From Eledone cirrhosa (taxonomy: Eukaryota), in the NCBI GenBank assembly GCA_964016885.1, contig OZ024744.1:68262001-68326000 (forward strand): a DNA stretch of 64,000 nt. Reading direction: 5' to 3'. The stretch's first letter is position 1; each line of letters begins with the position of its first letter. Shown piece after piece: positions 40,286 through 53,441 of this stretch. Under the pieces are notes generated by a model. That model saw only the letters and a program-made list of their open reading frames with translations. It made no database searches and had not been told where the DNA came from. Both the position numbers and the translations under genes were made by a program.

Positions 40286-43200
40286 CTACAGGATGGTATA
40301 CAGAGAAGGCCCATTTACACGAGCCATTCTCGCCACTATCACCCACCTTTCATAAAACTGCCTGTGGCCAAGCACCTCTCTCTCCATTCTTATCCTTCTT
40401 CCGAAGTGATATCGGAAGAAGTAGACCAGACTATGGCCAGAGAGGAAGTTGCCTGACCTCAGACCTTTCAATCATGTCCACCAAACAACCTCTTTCAACA
40501 TGGCTATTACGCACAGAAAAACCGCCTTTGCTTCCTTTGTGAAGAGGGGAGGCGGCTTGATTGTCACCACGGACTCGGCGGTCAATTTAATCGGCGCCAC
40601 CCGCGACAGCAGTCGTTCGGCGTAGCCCCACAGATCAGCCACGCCCGGACATTGCACCAATGCGTTCGCAACGGTTTCTTCGTGACGCACGCATCTAGGG
40701 CAAACCTTTTTTGAGGGATCCCTGCCCGGGCGCCCGTGTCTGTAGAGCCTCTCTCGAACGGGTAGAGCCCCCCGGTAGCACTGCCAGGCCAGTGACTTCT
40801 GGAAGTTGTCCATTGGTCCTGGGCCGAAAGTCCTACCGAACAGGCTGGCCAGTTCGTCTTCCTCCATGTCCAGCGACTCTCCAAGGGTGTCATCGCCCCT
40901 GCTAGCCACCAGCCCTCTATAGAATGATGAGGTGGATTCTCCACCGATGGCCTGACCCGCTTGCCAGAGAGCCCTAAGCGCCTGAGCACACTCAGTGTGC
41001 CAGTCTCCCAGTTTTCCGGATCTTTGCTTGACCCAGGACTGTAGCTCGGTGAGCGAGACGAGTCTCGGAAAGGCTCGTTTCACGAACGGAGCCCACACCG
41101 GTTGACCAGTGAGGAATACCTGTAGGTGCCGTAGCCTTAATGCGGGCCTACGCATCATCAACCACGGCATCCCCAGCCCTCCTTTCGAAGGTTGTTGGCA
41201 GCAGATGGATCTTCTCACCATAGGAGGGCGCTTCTTCCAAAGAAATTGGAAGAGCATGCGTTCCATGGTGGTGAGTGTTTCCTTAGGGCAAGGCACGACA
41301 GTCAGACGGTAGTAAGTGACGGACGCTATGTAAATGTTCGCCACCTCCGCCCGGCCTTTTAAGGACAGCTTACACTTGGCCCATTTCTGGGTTAGTGCAA
41401 ACACCTTGTTCGTAACCTCGTTCCAGTTCTTTTCCACCTGGAGGTCCGGTCCAAACCAGACCCCAAGCAACTTTACCGGGCCCTCCGTCCAGTGTCCGAC
41501 GACACCGTCAGGAGGCATCGGTCTGCCTCTCCACGTTCCGAGTTGCAGCCCGATGGATTTTTCCCGGTTCAGTTTCGCTCCTGACAACCTTTCGTACTCC
41601 TCCAGTAAGGTACCGATCGCCTCGATCTCCGAGTCGGTCGATACCATTACTGTTACGTCATCGGCGTAGGCCGACACCGCTTTGCTCAATCCTGGTTCCA
41701 GGGGGATACCCTGCAACAACTCCAACTTCATCAGTAAAGGCTCGAGAGTCAATACGTACAGAAGGGAGGAGAGAGGGCACCCCTGTCGAATGGATCGTGT
41801 GATTTCGAACGGCTTCGAAAGGTAGCCGTTCACCTTGATCCTAGAACAGATGTGGTTGCTATGTAAGGCAGTGATCCAGCCTCTGAAAACAGGACCGAAC
41901 CCAGCCGCCGCTAGCACCGCATCCAGGTAACCATGGTCGACCCTATCGAAGGCCTTAGACTGATCCAAGTTGATCAGGGCCCCACCGAAGCCGGGTTTGT
42001 TGCCAACCCTCTCTATGATGTATCGCATGAGGTGGAGGTTATCGTGAATGGACCTGGATGGGATAGCACATGTTTGCGCATCTCCCACCAGGCCACCCAC
42101 GACAAGCGCCAACCTCTTTGCTAACACCTTGGCCAAAATCTTTAACTCTGTGTTTAGCAGGATTATAGGCCGAAAATTATTTATACTATCTCCCTTGTTC
42201 TCGTCCTTCCTCACCAGCGTGACTACGCCCTTGGCTACAGAACAAGGAATTCTCCCGTTCTGCTGCCAATTGCAGTAGACCGCTTCGAGGAGTTCGGAGA
42301 AGAAGACCGGCATTGCTAAATAAAGTTCGTAAGGTATACCATCGAGACCTGGAGATTTGCGTCTGCTGCATTGGCTCAGCGCATCTCCGATCTCATCAGC
42401 CGAGATTGGTCCCTCGCAGGACTCTGCCTCTTCGCTCGAGAGACGCGGCATGCCGTCGAGGTATGGACCGAAATCCACGCCCCCGCCCGGACCCCCGCCT
42501 CCCCCGAACAATCGGGCAAAGTGCCTTTGAAAGGCCTCGCACATCTGCTTAGGCTCCCGGATCACCCGTCCATCTTCGTCTTGCAACGACCGGATGGTGG
42601 ATCGATTTCCACTCTTAGCTTCTGTCACGCGGGCCCAGCCAACGGCTTTGGCCCCCCTCATTACCTAGAGCACGTATTTTACTTCGAATGACGCAGCTTT
42701 CGTGCTTTGCATCGAAAAACTGGTTCAAGGCCGTCCTCGATGCCAGCACTCTGGCCACATCTTCGCTCTTGATTGCCTCTTCTAATTTACCTGTTAATTC
42801 TTTCTCGTTTCTATTCCTATCGGCAGCTAACATCTTGCTATAACTTATTGATTCTGTTCTAATCTCTCTTTTGAGAGATGCCCACCATCGGTTGTTGACG
42901 ATTGCACCCGTCAACCTCTCCTTAACTAATCTGCTAATCCGGTTTCTGTAAGTCTCTTTTGCCGGTAAAGACAAATTAAGTTTCCAGTAACCGGGACCCT
43001 GTCTATGTGTTTTCTCGAGATTGACTACGCAGGTCACTAATTTGTGATCCGTGTAGCCAACCGTGCGCATTTCTGGACAGCTTAATATGTCCCTATCCTT
43101 ACTTCTAACTAAGAATCTATCTAAGTACGATCTAGATTGACCACTGTGGTTTCTCCAAGTCCAGGTAGGCACAGTTGGAAAATCTAGTCGATATCTATCG

Positions 43201-43724
43201 ACCAAGTTAAAACGGTCGAGTAACCCCTTGAGGATGTTACACCCTCCTCTATTAGGACATGCTCCTGCATAGTCCCAACGTGCATCTAGGATGTCATTCC
43301 AATCCCCCGCTAGAAGCAGGGAACGCGACGTTCCCAGAAAAGTCTCCAAACGCTGGAAGAAGTCGGGTCGTTCAGCTCCGAAAGGGGAGTAGACGGCGAC
43401 CAGTCTCAAGGCCGCACTTTCACTACTGCCAACGTCTAGCACCAACAAACGACCCTCCGGGTCCGAGTGCACAACCTGTACGGCAAGACCCAGGTGTTTT
43501 TGCAGCAGTACGACAACCCCACCCCCACCTCCAAGTTGACAGAGAGATGCATGCACCTCAAAGTCATCGAAGGTGGGGGCCAGCTGCCGCACGACGCTGA
43601 TTCGAGTCTCACAGATAACCATTACATTTATACTACATGACCTGAGGTCATTTAGAAGCTTTGCTTGCTTCCAAGTTGAGCCCAGGCCACATGCATTCAA
43701 ACATCCTACTCTTAACACATCCAT
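40286..43724 (-). pseudogene. ORF2 (APE endonuclease and reverse transcriptase) with two frameshifts (~42660, ~40475)
   Basis: LNACGL, ICET, AGDWN, TW..SYLDRF, TDH; SPGLDG, FRPIILLN, LDQSKAFDRV, IRQGCPLS, YADD. Confidence 0.9.
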
Positions 43725-45476
43725 GTGGGCGGCAGAGCCAAAGGAGAGTGTAGAGACCTACCTTTCCGCTTCCCGGGGTTCGGGTTGCACGACTTCCATG
43801 GGGTCGGGGGTGTTGGGTGAAGGGGTGTCTTGTGGTGGTGTGGGGTCGTCAGTGTGTGGTGGGGTTGGGGTGTTTGGAGTTGTGTTGGGAGGGGAAGGGG
43901 AGGGGGAAAGCTTTTTAGTAGGACGCGGTTTATGGGTTTGACAGAGGGTGGTCCTACGTCCTCCTTAAAATCCTTTTTTAGTTTTTGGTAGAGGTTCATT
44001 GGGATCTTTATTAATTTTAAATGTGGGTAGTTTTCTGAAGAAACAAAGTTTACACCTTCGGTTTGTACCGAAGGATTATTGTATATGAGTTCATTTAATT
44101 TATTATTGTTTCTGTTGATGTAAGTATAGTGAAATGTCTTTTTTTCGGATGGTGTGAGTGTTTCGAAGAGGGGAGGGGCAGGTTTGGTTTTGTTTGTTGC
44201 TGGAGGGGTGTTTTCTGTTTTGTTGGATTGTGTTGAGATTTGGGTGGGGGTTGTTTGGCCTTGTGTGTTTTGCACATGTTTTCTTTTTTTCCTTTTAATC
44301 TGTCTGAAGGACTCCGTTTCTTCCTCCGAATTCGTTGGGTTATCTTCAGTGTTGGAGGGAAGAGGTATGTTTGCTGGTAATGTTTCCGTGTTGGTTTTCT
44401 TTGTGGGGGAGATGGATGTCACTATGTTAGACTGTGTTGTGTGTTGTGTCTGCGGTGGTTGTGTTGTTTTATTGAGTGAGAGGTTGGGTGGGCCTGTATT
44501 TTGTTTTGGGCTAATGTGTTGTGACTGTTTGTGTTGTGGTGGTGGTGTGGTTTTACTGAGGGACGGGTTGGGTGGGACTGAGTTTTGTTGTTTGTTTATC
44601 TGTTGTGGTGGTGGTGGTGGAGCTGGTGTTGGTAGCAGGGTTTTCTTTTTGTTGAGTTGGGGACAAGCGGCCTTCAGGTGCCCTCTGCCTGCACATATAT
44701 GGCAGGACGGCCTTCTCCCCTCCACGCTAATGTTTATATACCCGTGGTCCTCTAATAGGATTCTGTCGGGTATTTGGGCGATGCGTTCAGGCTTCATTTG
44801 CACTACCAGCTCTATACCTGTTCCACTGAACGCATTGCCTGTGGTTTTCCCAATGGAAATCACGTTGTCATTCACTGGATCGATGAAGCCAGCTATGAGC
44901 CAGCAGTAGTCCACATCTGGCATCATTGCATCCAGCCATATGCGTTGAGTTCTTTTCCCCATATAAGATGGATAAAAGGTAAAATTTTTCGAACGAATCG
45001 GTGACAAAGCACATTTTTTTGCCGCCGATTCGTTCTTCATGATAATTGCTAGGCTTCCATACAGTCTGTCTTTTCTTATGAAAGTGGTTTCATTAAGTAC
45101 TTCTGTGAGTACTGTTTTGATATCTGCTTGAGAAGGCTGTTCAGGTTTTTTTGTACTGTTGTTGATGGTCCGAAACTTGACCGTTCGGCTTTCAATGTCT
45201 GGTGAATTCTTGAGGCATTTTTACCGATAAAATACCATTCTCTCCTTCACTTATGTATTGTTTGGCGTCTGTGATCCTTCGTGCCACATCTGAAATATTT
45301 TCCGCTATATAAGTCAAAGATTTCTTTGTTTTCTGTGCAAATGAAATCTTGTCGTCTGCTTTGCTTTCTGTTATGGTGTTATTTTCAAATGTTATTTTTG
45401 TGTTTGTTGTGTCTTTGTTTGTGTTAGTATTGTCTTGCAATTTTTCAAATTTTTTTTTTTCGTTGTTGGAATCCAT
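43712..45476 (-). pseudogene. ORF1 gag-like protein, interrupted near 45192
   Basis: CHICAGRGHLKAAC zinc knuckle followed by a Pro/Thr/Gln-rich region. It overlaps the ORF2 ATG. Confidence 0.75.
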
Positions 45477-45910
45477 GTCCAGATTTGTGTTTTCGTCATT
45501 TTTTTTTTCCCGCAGATTCGTCTGTTTTTATTTTAATTTTTCCTTCCTTCTCTATGACGTTAGTTGGGAAGGAAGGGGGGACTAAAGCGTGCGAGCTTAC
45601 AACTCTTACCGTTGTCCCCCAACCACTATTTTCGTTCGCTGCGTTTAACATTTCTGTTAGACGATTGAAATTTTTTACACAAAATTTTTTAAAACAGGTT
45701 TTTCACCTCTAGGAGGGGTAAAGATGAGCTGACCCACCGCCTGACAGTTCAGACGGAGGGTCAAGCTACACAATTGTATCAAAATTAAGTTTGAACTCAC
45801 AAAATTTCCTCAATAAATTTGAACAAAACTTCTGTGCGAAGTGAATTACACCCACACTGTAGAACAGACGACAGCTAGATTATATATAATATAGATAGAT
45901 AGATAGATAT

Positions 45911-48460
45911 GTTTCTTTATTAGCCATAGGGGCACAAAAGAAAGGGACAAATACATAGGCGGAAGTTTACATGCAATAAAAACGTGTAAAATATTATCAC
46001 AAATGCAATTTAAAAGTTAATCGATTTTCCCCAATAGGGGGAGACATTACATAAGGGTAACACATACCCCGAACAAATGTGCAACCCTCATCTCCAAGAG
46101 TACGAAGAGTTTGTACTCCTTTCCTATCTTCTTCTTTTTCCTCAACCTACAGGCTGATATAGAGAGAAGCCCCATTCACTCGGGCCATTCTCGCCACTTT
46201 TACCCACCTTTCATAAACCATGCTGGGGTACAGCACCTCTCTCTCCATCCTGATTCTTCTTCCAAAGTGGTATTTGAAAAAAAGAATCAGTTGTTGGCCG
46301 GAGAGAAAGGTGTCTGACCTCAGCCCTTTTAACCTTGTCCACCATACAACCTCTTTCGCCATAGCTATCACACAAAGGAAAACCGCCTCTCCTTCGTTTT
46401 TGAAGGAGGGTGATGGTTTGATCATGACAATGGACTCGGTGGTCAACCGGATTGGTCCCACCCGCGACAATAGTCGTTCTACATAGTCCCACAGGTCGGT
46501 AACGCCCGGGCAGTGTATGAATGCGTGCGCGACGGTTTCTTCGTCTCGCACGCATCTCGGACGGATCTTTTTCGAAGGATCCCTGCTCGGGCGCCCATGT
46601 CTGTAGAGCTTGTCTCGAACTGGTAGAGCTCCTCAGTAGCACTGCCAGGCCAGGGACTTTGGGGAGTTGTCCATCGGTCCCGGGCTGAAGGTCTTATCGA
46701 ACAGATTGACCAGTTCGTCTTCCTCTACGCCTAGAGCTTCTCCGAGTGCGTCGTCGCACTTTCTGCGGATCAACCCTCTATAGAATGACGAAGTGGAGTC
46801 TCCACTGATCGCCGCGTCCGCCTGCCAGAGGGCTGTGAGCGCCTGAGAACATTCGATGTGCCAGTCGCCCATTTTCCTCGGTCTTTGCTTGACCCAGGAA
46901 TGCAGCTCGGTCAGCGAGACGAGTCGTGTGAAGGCTCGCCTCACGAAGGAGGCCCACACCGGTTGTCCGGTGTGGAATACGTAGAGATGCCGCAGCCTAA
47001 GCGCGTCTTTGCGCATCGTCAGCCCCGGCAACCCCAGCCCTCCGTTGGAAGGGTGTTTGCAGCAGATGGATCTTCTCACCAAAGGAGCCCGCTTCTTCGA
47101 AAGGAATTGGAAGAACGCGCGCTCCATTTTGGTGAGCGTTTTGGCTGGACAAGGCACGACGGTCAAGCGGTAGTAGATGACGGACGCTATAAAAGTGGTC
47201 GCCCCTCCGCACGACCTTTCAAGGATGGTTTACACTCGGCCCACTTCTGGGTGAGTGCAAACACCTTGGCCGTCACCTCGTTCCAGTTCTTCTCCACCTG
47301 GAGGGTCCGGACCAAACCAGACCCCGAACACCTTTACCGGTGTTTCCGTCCAGCGTCCGATGACGCCATCGGATGGTATCGGTTTGCTTCTCCACGATCC
47401 GAGTTGCAAACCGATGGACTCGTCCCGGTTCAGTTTCGCTCCTGTGGACCTTTCGTATTCCTTCAGTAAGGTGCCCACTTCCTCGATTTTCGAGGTGCTC
47501 GACACCATTACTGTCACATCTTCGGCGTAGGTCGACGCCGCTTTCCGCAGTCCCAGTTCCAGAAGGATGCAGCAATCCAACCCCTGAACACGGGTCCGAA
47601 GCCTGCTGCCTCGAGCACCGAATCCAGGTACCGATGGTCAACCCTATCGAAAGCCTTAGACTGATCCAAGTTGATCGGGGCCCCACTGAAGCCGGGTTTT
47701 CACCCTACCCTCTCTATGATGTATCGCATGAGGTGGAGGTTGTCGTGTATGGACCTGGTCGGGATTGCGCATGTCTGCGCTTCTCTCACCAGGATTTCGA
47801 CGACAAGCGCCAACCTCTTTGCCAACACCTTGGCCAAAATCTGTAACTCTGTGTTTAGCAGAGTTATAGGCCGGAAGTTGCCTATGTCATCCCCCTTATT
47901 CTCGTCCTTCCTGACTAGTGTGACTACGCCCCTGGTCACAGAACTGGGAATTCTCCCGTTCTGCTGCCAGATACAGTAGACCGCTTCCAGGAGATCGGAG
48001 AACAAGTCCGGCATTGCTACGTAAAATTCGTAGGGTAGACCGTCGAGACCTGGAGATTTGCGTTTGCCGCATTGGCTCAGCGCGTCCCCTATCTCAGCGG
48101 CTGAAATCGGCTTTTCGCAGAATTTCGCCTCGCTGTCCGAGAGTCGCGGTAGGCCGTCGATGTATGGACCGAAATCCATAGCACCGCACTGCCCGAACAG
48201 CTGAGCAAAGTGCTGCTGAAAGGCCGCGCATATTCACTTCGGCTCACGTATCACGCGTCTGTCTTGGTCCTTCAAAGACCGAATCGTAGACTTGTTGCCA
48301 CTTTTTGCCTCTGTCACCCGGGCCCAGCTAACAGCTTTGGCTCCCTCGTTACCCAGAGCACGTATTTTGCTTCTGACAGCGCAGCCCTCGTGCTTTGCGT
48401 CGAATAATTAGTCCAAGGCCGTTCTCGTTGCTAGCACACTGGCTACGTTGCCACTTCTAA
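45911..48460 (-). mobile_element. Second Tx1-type LINE, 5'-truncated with an internal RT deletion
   Basis: Its ORF fragments parallel ORF2 of the neighbour, but the RQGCPLS segment is missing at ~47575. (TAGA)n lies on both sides. Confidence 0.88.
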
Positions 48461-48540
48461 TAGATAGATAGATAGAAAAATAAATAGATAGATAGATAGA
48501 TAATAAATGTAATCTGAGTTTTTAGAATATTAATAATAAC

Positions 48541-48941
48541 ATTGGATTCGTTTTTAATTATGCAAACAGTCTCTTTTAAGCCATGTCAATAGAATGTGTC
48601 CCTCATTCTTGCTCTTGTTTTGGCATGTAAACAGAACTGCATGTAAGCTATTAGCTAGCTGATCAGTGGATCTGCTTATATACAAATCTGACTGACCAGC
48701 CAGTCTTCTAATATGCAAATCAGGCCGATCAGTCACTGTATATTTTAGAAATTATCATATATTTTCACTAGCTCTGACAGTTGGCAGGTGAACAATAAAC
48801 TGTACTGATGAAGGGTAATCACCCAGAAACATTAGTGTCTGCAGTTCTATTTACATGCCAACAAAAGAGCAAGAATGAGAGGTTCATTCTGCAGACATGG
48901 CTTAAAAGAGGCTGTTTGCATAATTGCAAACGAATCGAATT
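48541..48941. repeat. Fold-back element (~100-bp arms) containing a hammerhead
   Basis: 48541-48641 is approximately the reverse complement of 48840-48941. Confidence 0.85.
48798..48846 (+). ncRNA. Type I hammerhead motif
   Basis: AACTGTA-CTGATGA-aGGGT aatc ACCCa-GAA-ACATTAGTGT-C^TGCAGTT, with a 7-bp stem I and a GUC site. Confidence 0.88.
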
Positions 48942-48944
48942 TTG

Positions 48945-49130
48945 TGGATTGGCAGTATCGGTAGAGGGTTGGACGCCATGCTTTCCAGCATAGTTACGTC
49001 CTTTTATGATCTGAGTTCAAATCCCGCTGAGCTTAACTTTGCCTTTCATCCTTACGGGGTCGATAAAATAAGGTACCAGTAATGTACTGGGTAATTTCTG
49101 GCCTTGTGCCAAAAGTAGAAACAATTATTA
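48945..49130 (+). mobile_element. tRNA-derived SINE (MetaSINE-like)
   Basis: B-box and core. Confidence 0.85.
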
Positions 49131-49201
49131 ATATTTGAAAAACTCAGATGACATTTGTTGTATTCAGCCATGTAGAGCTATAACTTTTTTTTTAGTAATT
49201 A

Positions 49202-49531
49202 CTAGCAGAGTGGCCCGGCGTTGCTCGGGATTCTAAACATAGATTGGCATGTTTATCCCTCCCTTCTGAAACAATGCAGAGAAGTACGGAATACCTCGGC
49301 CTGCGGATGGTGTCTACATTTTGTGCTTATAAAAAAGAAATACGTTTCTTTTATATTTTGTTATTGTGTATGCAAAAATATCTGTACACGAATATATAAT
49401 TATATATATATATTAAAATAACAGATAAAATGTTAAGCAAAGAATCACTGCATTCACCCTTAACGCGATCTTCTGAAACAAAAAAAAATCAATCTGTGAA
49501 CGCAGAAGTAAATATTTCGAAAAACGTTACA

Positions 49532-49569
<38 letters not shown>

Positions 49570-49817
49570 TATATATATACATATATGCACACACACAGAT
49601 AGCGAAGTCAATGTTTTCATAATGTCGTAATGCAGACAGCCAGACATACAGACAGATATTATAAGGGCGCGACGTTATAGGTATGTATCTATCTAAAAAG
49701 ACAGACTAAGAAAGAGAGAGAGATCACTAATCGCTAACCGGCGCCTAATGCGGTCATTAGGGCATTGAACATTCGAAATATCTTTTGCTCAAAACACTCA
49801 CACGACCGTTTTTTTAG

Positions 49818-49825
<8 letters not shown>
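49202..49825 (-). mobile_element. Non-autonomous Helitron-like element
   Basis: On the minus strand a CCCGAGCAACGCCGGG hairpin precedes the CTAG 3' end. Internal similarity to 54623-55980. Confidence 0.7.
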
Positions 49826-49888
<63 letters not shown>

Positions 49889-50019
49889 GTGAGGTTTTTT
49901 TTACAAAATGAAAAATAACCGAGGTGTCCTACACGAGTGGAAGTATAAAGAAAAAGAGATGAAATCGAAAATGCAACTGAAGTCTTATTTTTTTTAAAAA
50001 TATATATATTTATTTGGTT

Positions 50020-50057
50020 CCTTTACCGGTTTCGCAGTTCTTCTGCTTTTCAAAAGG
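50020..50057 (-). ncRNA. Minimal type I hammerhead motif, U3-A8 variant
   Basis: CCTT-TTGAAAA-GCAG aagaa CTGC-GAA-ACCGGT-A^AAGG. All three stems pair. Confidence 0.8.
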
Positions 50058-50280
50058 TGAGTTGAGATGGAGGGTCTCTCTCTATATATATATATTGAGT
50101 TATTTTAATTATTTTGATTTTATATATATATATATATGAAACACAAGGGGAGATAATACTGCATGGTTGCACATGGATTATATATTATAAAATTAGTCCC
50201 TCATCAGTGATTTGCCAACCATCATTGGTATTTCATCGCATTAAAAATCATATATATATTGAGTTATTTTAATTATTTTG

Positions 50281-50324
<44 letters not shown>

Positions 50325-50371
50325 GTGACGAAAACATAAGTCAATTGCATGAACTTATAATCCTTTATTTA

Positions 50372-50420
50372 CTGCTATATATATTTCGATGATAGCCATT
50401 GAATGGCTATGACCTCATCA
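50372..50420 (-). ncRNA. Hammerhead motif truncated at C3 by (TA)n
   Basis: TGATGA-GGTcATAGCCA ttcaa TGGCTATcATC-GAA-ATATATAT-A^GCAG. A degenerate relative lies at ~19256-19315. Confidence 0.6.
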
Positions 50421-50429
50421 TATATATAC

Positions 50430-52693
50430 ATAGTGAAAAATGGAACGGGCACAAAACAGAGAGGCAGTTTATTAGTTTCACGCTCTTGAGAGTGGGGTGG
50501 TTGGGAACGACGTTTCAGGCATAAGCCCTTCTTCAGCGAAAAGTGTTTGGGAAGTGAGTTCTGAGGGTGTGTAGGAGAGTGGAGGAGTGTCATTTAGAAA
50601 GGGGTGGACGGTGGAAGGGGTACAAATAAAAATAAATATAAAAAAAATAAAAATAAAAATAAACATGAAGTTAAACAAGTAGTGGAAGGGTGTGGGGAGT
50701 GTAGGGGTGGTGGCGGGTGAAGTGGGGAGAGTGAGGCGGGGTGTCCGAGCCGGGAGGGCTGAAGGTGGTGTATGTGTGTAGGTGTACGTGTGTGTATGGG
50801 AATGTGAGAGTTGGGGGAAGAACGAGGTTCCATGTTCAGGAAAAGGTGTGTGGGTGGCTGTAGGTCGGTGTGTGCGTGCGCGTGTGGATGGGGTGGGGTC
50901 AGAGAAGTGGGGGAAGGGGGGAGAGAGGATTCCGGAGGCTGAGTGTGTATATATGTGGGGGTACGCACGTGGGTGTGGTGTTTATATGTATTGTGGATGT
51001 AGGTGGCGTGGTTCGAAAAAAAAATGTTTGTGAGTGTATGTCCGTGGGTAAGTTCCTAAGGTAGTTCCGTAGAGGATGTGGTGAGTGCCGGATATTTTCC
51101 TTGTGATGGAGTGGATAGTGGGAACGATGGCCAATGGTGTGAAATCCGTGGTTGTGTTGGTCGGAAGTGGTCAGAGGGTCAATGCAGGATGAGGGTAGAG
51201 GAGAATGACAGGTAGAGAGGGCTGTGTGTCTGTGTGCGGGGAGAAGTGGTCAGACGGTCAAGGCTTAGCAGCATTAGAGGAGAATGGCAGGTGGAGAAAG
51301 TCAGTGTGTCAGTGTGTACGGAGGTGCGGTGGACAGGGGAGAGGATGGGTAGGTGTGAAAGGTGGAGTGGGGAGGGGTCGTGCGGGGGGAGGGTGTGTGT
51401 ATTAGTAGAGGTGTTAGTGGGATGTGTGTTTGTGTGTGTTTGTGTGAAGGGGTATGGGTGGAGCGGGAGAGGGAGAGAAAGGTGTGGGTGGGGGTGTTAG
51501 TATTGTTAGTTGTGGAGTGGGCGGGGAAAAGGAGGAGTGTGTCAGGGTGTTAGTGGGGGATATGTGATGAGGTGGGGGGTGGGGGATACAGGGCGGTAGA
51601 AGTCTAAAGGAATAGAGGTGGGGAGTTCAGGCAGGGGGAGTGTGGGTCTGTAGGATGAAGATGGTACGTTGTTCGACCCTGAGGTGGGTGGCGGGTGTTC
51701 CGTGGCATTGGAGTAGGCCACAGACTGTGAGGTGGTGGGCGGAATGTCCAGGGGAGCCAAAGTGGCGGGCGATGGGGGGACTCCCGCTGAGACGAATATC
51801 CCGGAGGTGTTCGGTGAAACGGTCCGCTAGGCGACGTTCAGTCTGTCCGACGTAGGTTGCGCTACACTCCATGCAGCGAAGTCCATAGACTAGGTTGGAG
51901 GAGGTGCAGCAGAAGGCGTGCCGGACAGAGAGAGATTGGCCCTTGGGACCATGGAAGGTGGTGGTGTTGGTGATGTGGGGACAGGTGTGGCAACTAGGCC
52001 TGGAACAGGGAAGAGAACAGGGGGGGGGGGATTGGGTATAGGGAGCTGCGGACGAGGAGGGTGCGGAGATTGCGTGCGCGTTTGAAGGAGTGGTGGTGAT
52101 GGGAATATAGGGGAGGTGGAGGGGTCGGACTGGAGGCGTCGGAAGAGGCGGAGGAGGGTGCACTGGAGGGGTATGGTGGAGGGGTGGTAGGTGATGGGGA
52201 ATGGGGAGACAGTGGGTGGAGGGTGGTAGGTGATGGGGAAGGGCAGACGGTGGGTGGGTGTGCGGTGGCGTGGGGTGAGGGTGGTGGAGCGGTGGACAGC
52301 ACGCGCGCGAGTGAGGGCGGTGTTGACAGGGGGGGGGGGGGACGTCTGCGGATGAAATGGCTGACTGGGGAAAGGGCCTGGGACTTGAAGTCAGCATTTC
52401 GGCTGCAGAGGCGGCGGATCCGGAGGAGTTGTGAGTAGGGAATGGAGTGTTTGGTGTGTGTAAGGTGGGAGGAGGTGAAGTCCAGGTAGGAGTGGGAGTT
52501 GGTGGCTTTGAAGAAGGCGGAGGTGACGACGTAGTGGTGGGAGGGGTCGATGGCGACGGAGATGCCTAAGAAGTGGACATGGGTGGTGGAGATAGAGGTG
52601 GTGAAGTGGAGGGAGGGGTGGAAGGAGCAGAAGAAGGAGAGAAAGGAGCCGAGCTGTTCTCGGGTGAGGGCGTGGCTCCGATACAGTCGTCGA
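50430..52693 (-). mobile_element. Penelope-like element, sister of 19725-22596, with a hammerhead at ~50507-50538
   Basis: CSRPSCHTC, LVYGLRCMECSATYVGQTERRLADRFTEH and CTGAAGAAGGGCTTATGCCTGAAACGTC. Confidence 0.9.
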
Positions 52694-52849
52694 TATATAT
52701 ATATATGAAATGAAAATAATTAAAATAACTCAATAATCAGAGCTATTTATCAAATTACATAATGTGAAGAAATAATAGACAAAAGTATACCGATTTTGAA
52801 AATAAGTTTATTATCTCCTCATATTTTGTATATATATATATATATATAA

Positions 52850-53362
52850 ACGGAAAAAATGAAACGAAATTTCATTTTCCACTCTTAGTACGGCTGTTAC
52901 TTAAATATAAGTATGTACACGTTCATACATATATGTATACAGACGTACAGTAGTATGTATATATATACATACATGCACACATATATATACATGTACGTAT
53001 GGATTCACCGAACATTTATTATAATGCTCGGTGTGTTTGTAAACAAACATCCCGTATTAAGCCGTAGTGTCCAGCAACCATCGTTGCTCGTTTGTTCAAC
53101 ACTGACAAAGGAACGCTGTACTAGTTTCAAGTTTATTAGCTATCGTCAGCAACGTCAGCGTTCCTTTGTCAGTGTTGAACAAACGAGCAACGATGGTTGC
53201 TGGACACTACGGCTTAATACGGGATGTTTGTTTACAAACAAACCGAGCATTATAATAAATGTTCGGTGAATCCATACGTACATATATATATGTGTGCATA
53301 TATGTATATATACATACTACTGTACATCTGTATACATATATGTATGTACGTGTACATACTTA
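52850..53362. mobile_element. Fold-back copy of the 32153-33040 retrozyme-like family
   Basis: Minus-sense arm 52850-53155 is joined to plus-sense arm 53156-53362. Confidence 0.85.
53113..53155 (-). ncRNA. Type I hammerhead motif
   Basis: ACGTTG-CTGACGA-tAGCT aata AACTt-GAA-ACTAGT-A^CAGCGT. Confidence 0.8.
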
Positions 53363-53372
53363 TATATATATA

Positions 53373-53441
<69 letters not shown>

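Larger units (their letters stand above)
40072..45876 (-). mobile_element. Near full-length Tx1/L1-clade LINE flanked by (TAGA)n
   Basis: ORF1 has a CCHC knuckle. The overlapping ORF2 has an APE endonuclease, RT and a C-terminal zinc motif. The 3' end reads AATAAAGAAA. Confidence 0.9.

Noticed and set aside
44154-44909. 251-aa Cys/Val/Gly-rich plus-strand ORF
   Set aside because: It is the antisense shadow of the low-complexity Tx1 ORF1.
50195-50215. CTGATGA on the minus strand
   Set aside because: No GAAA or stem II partner follows.
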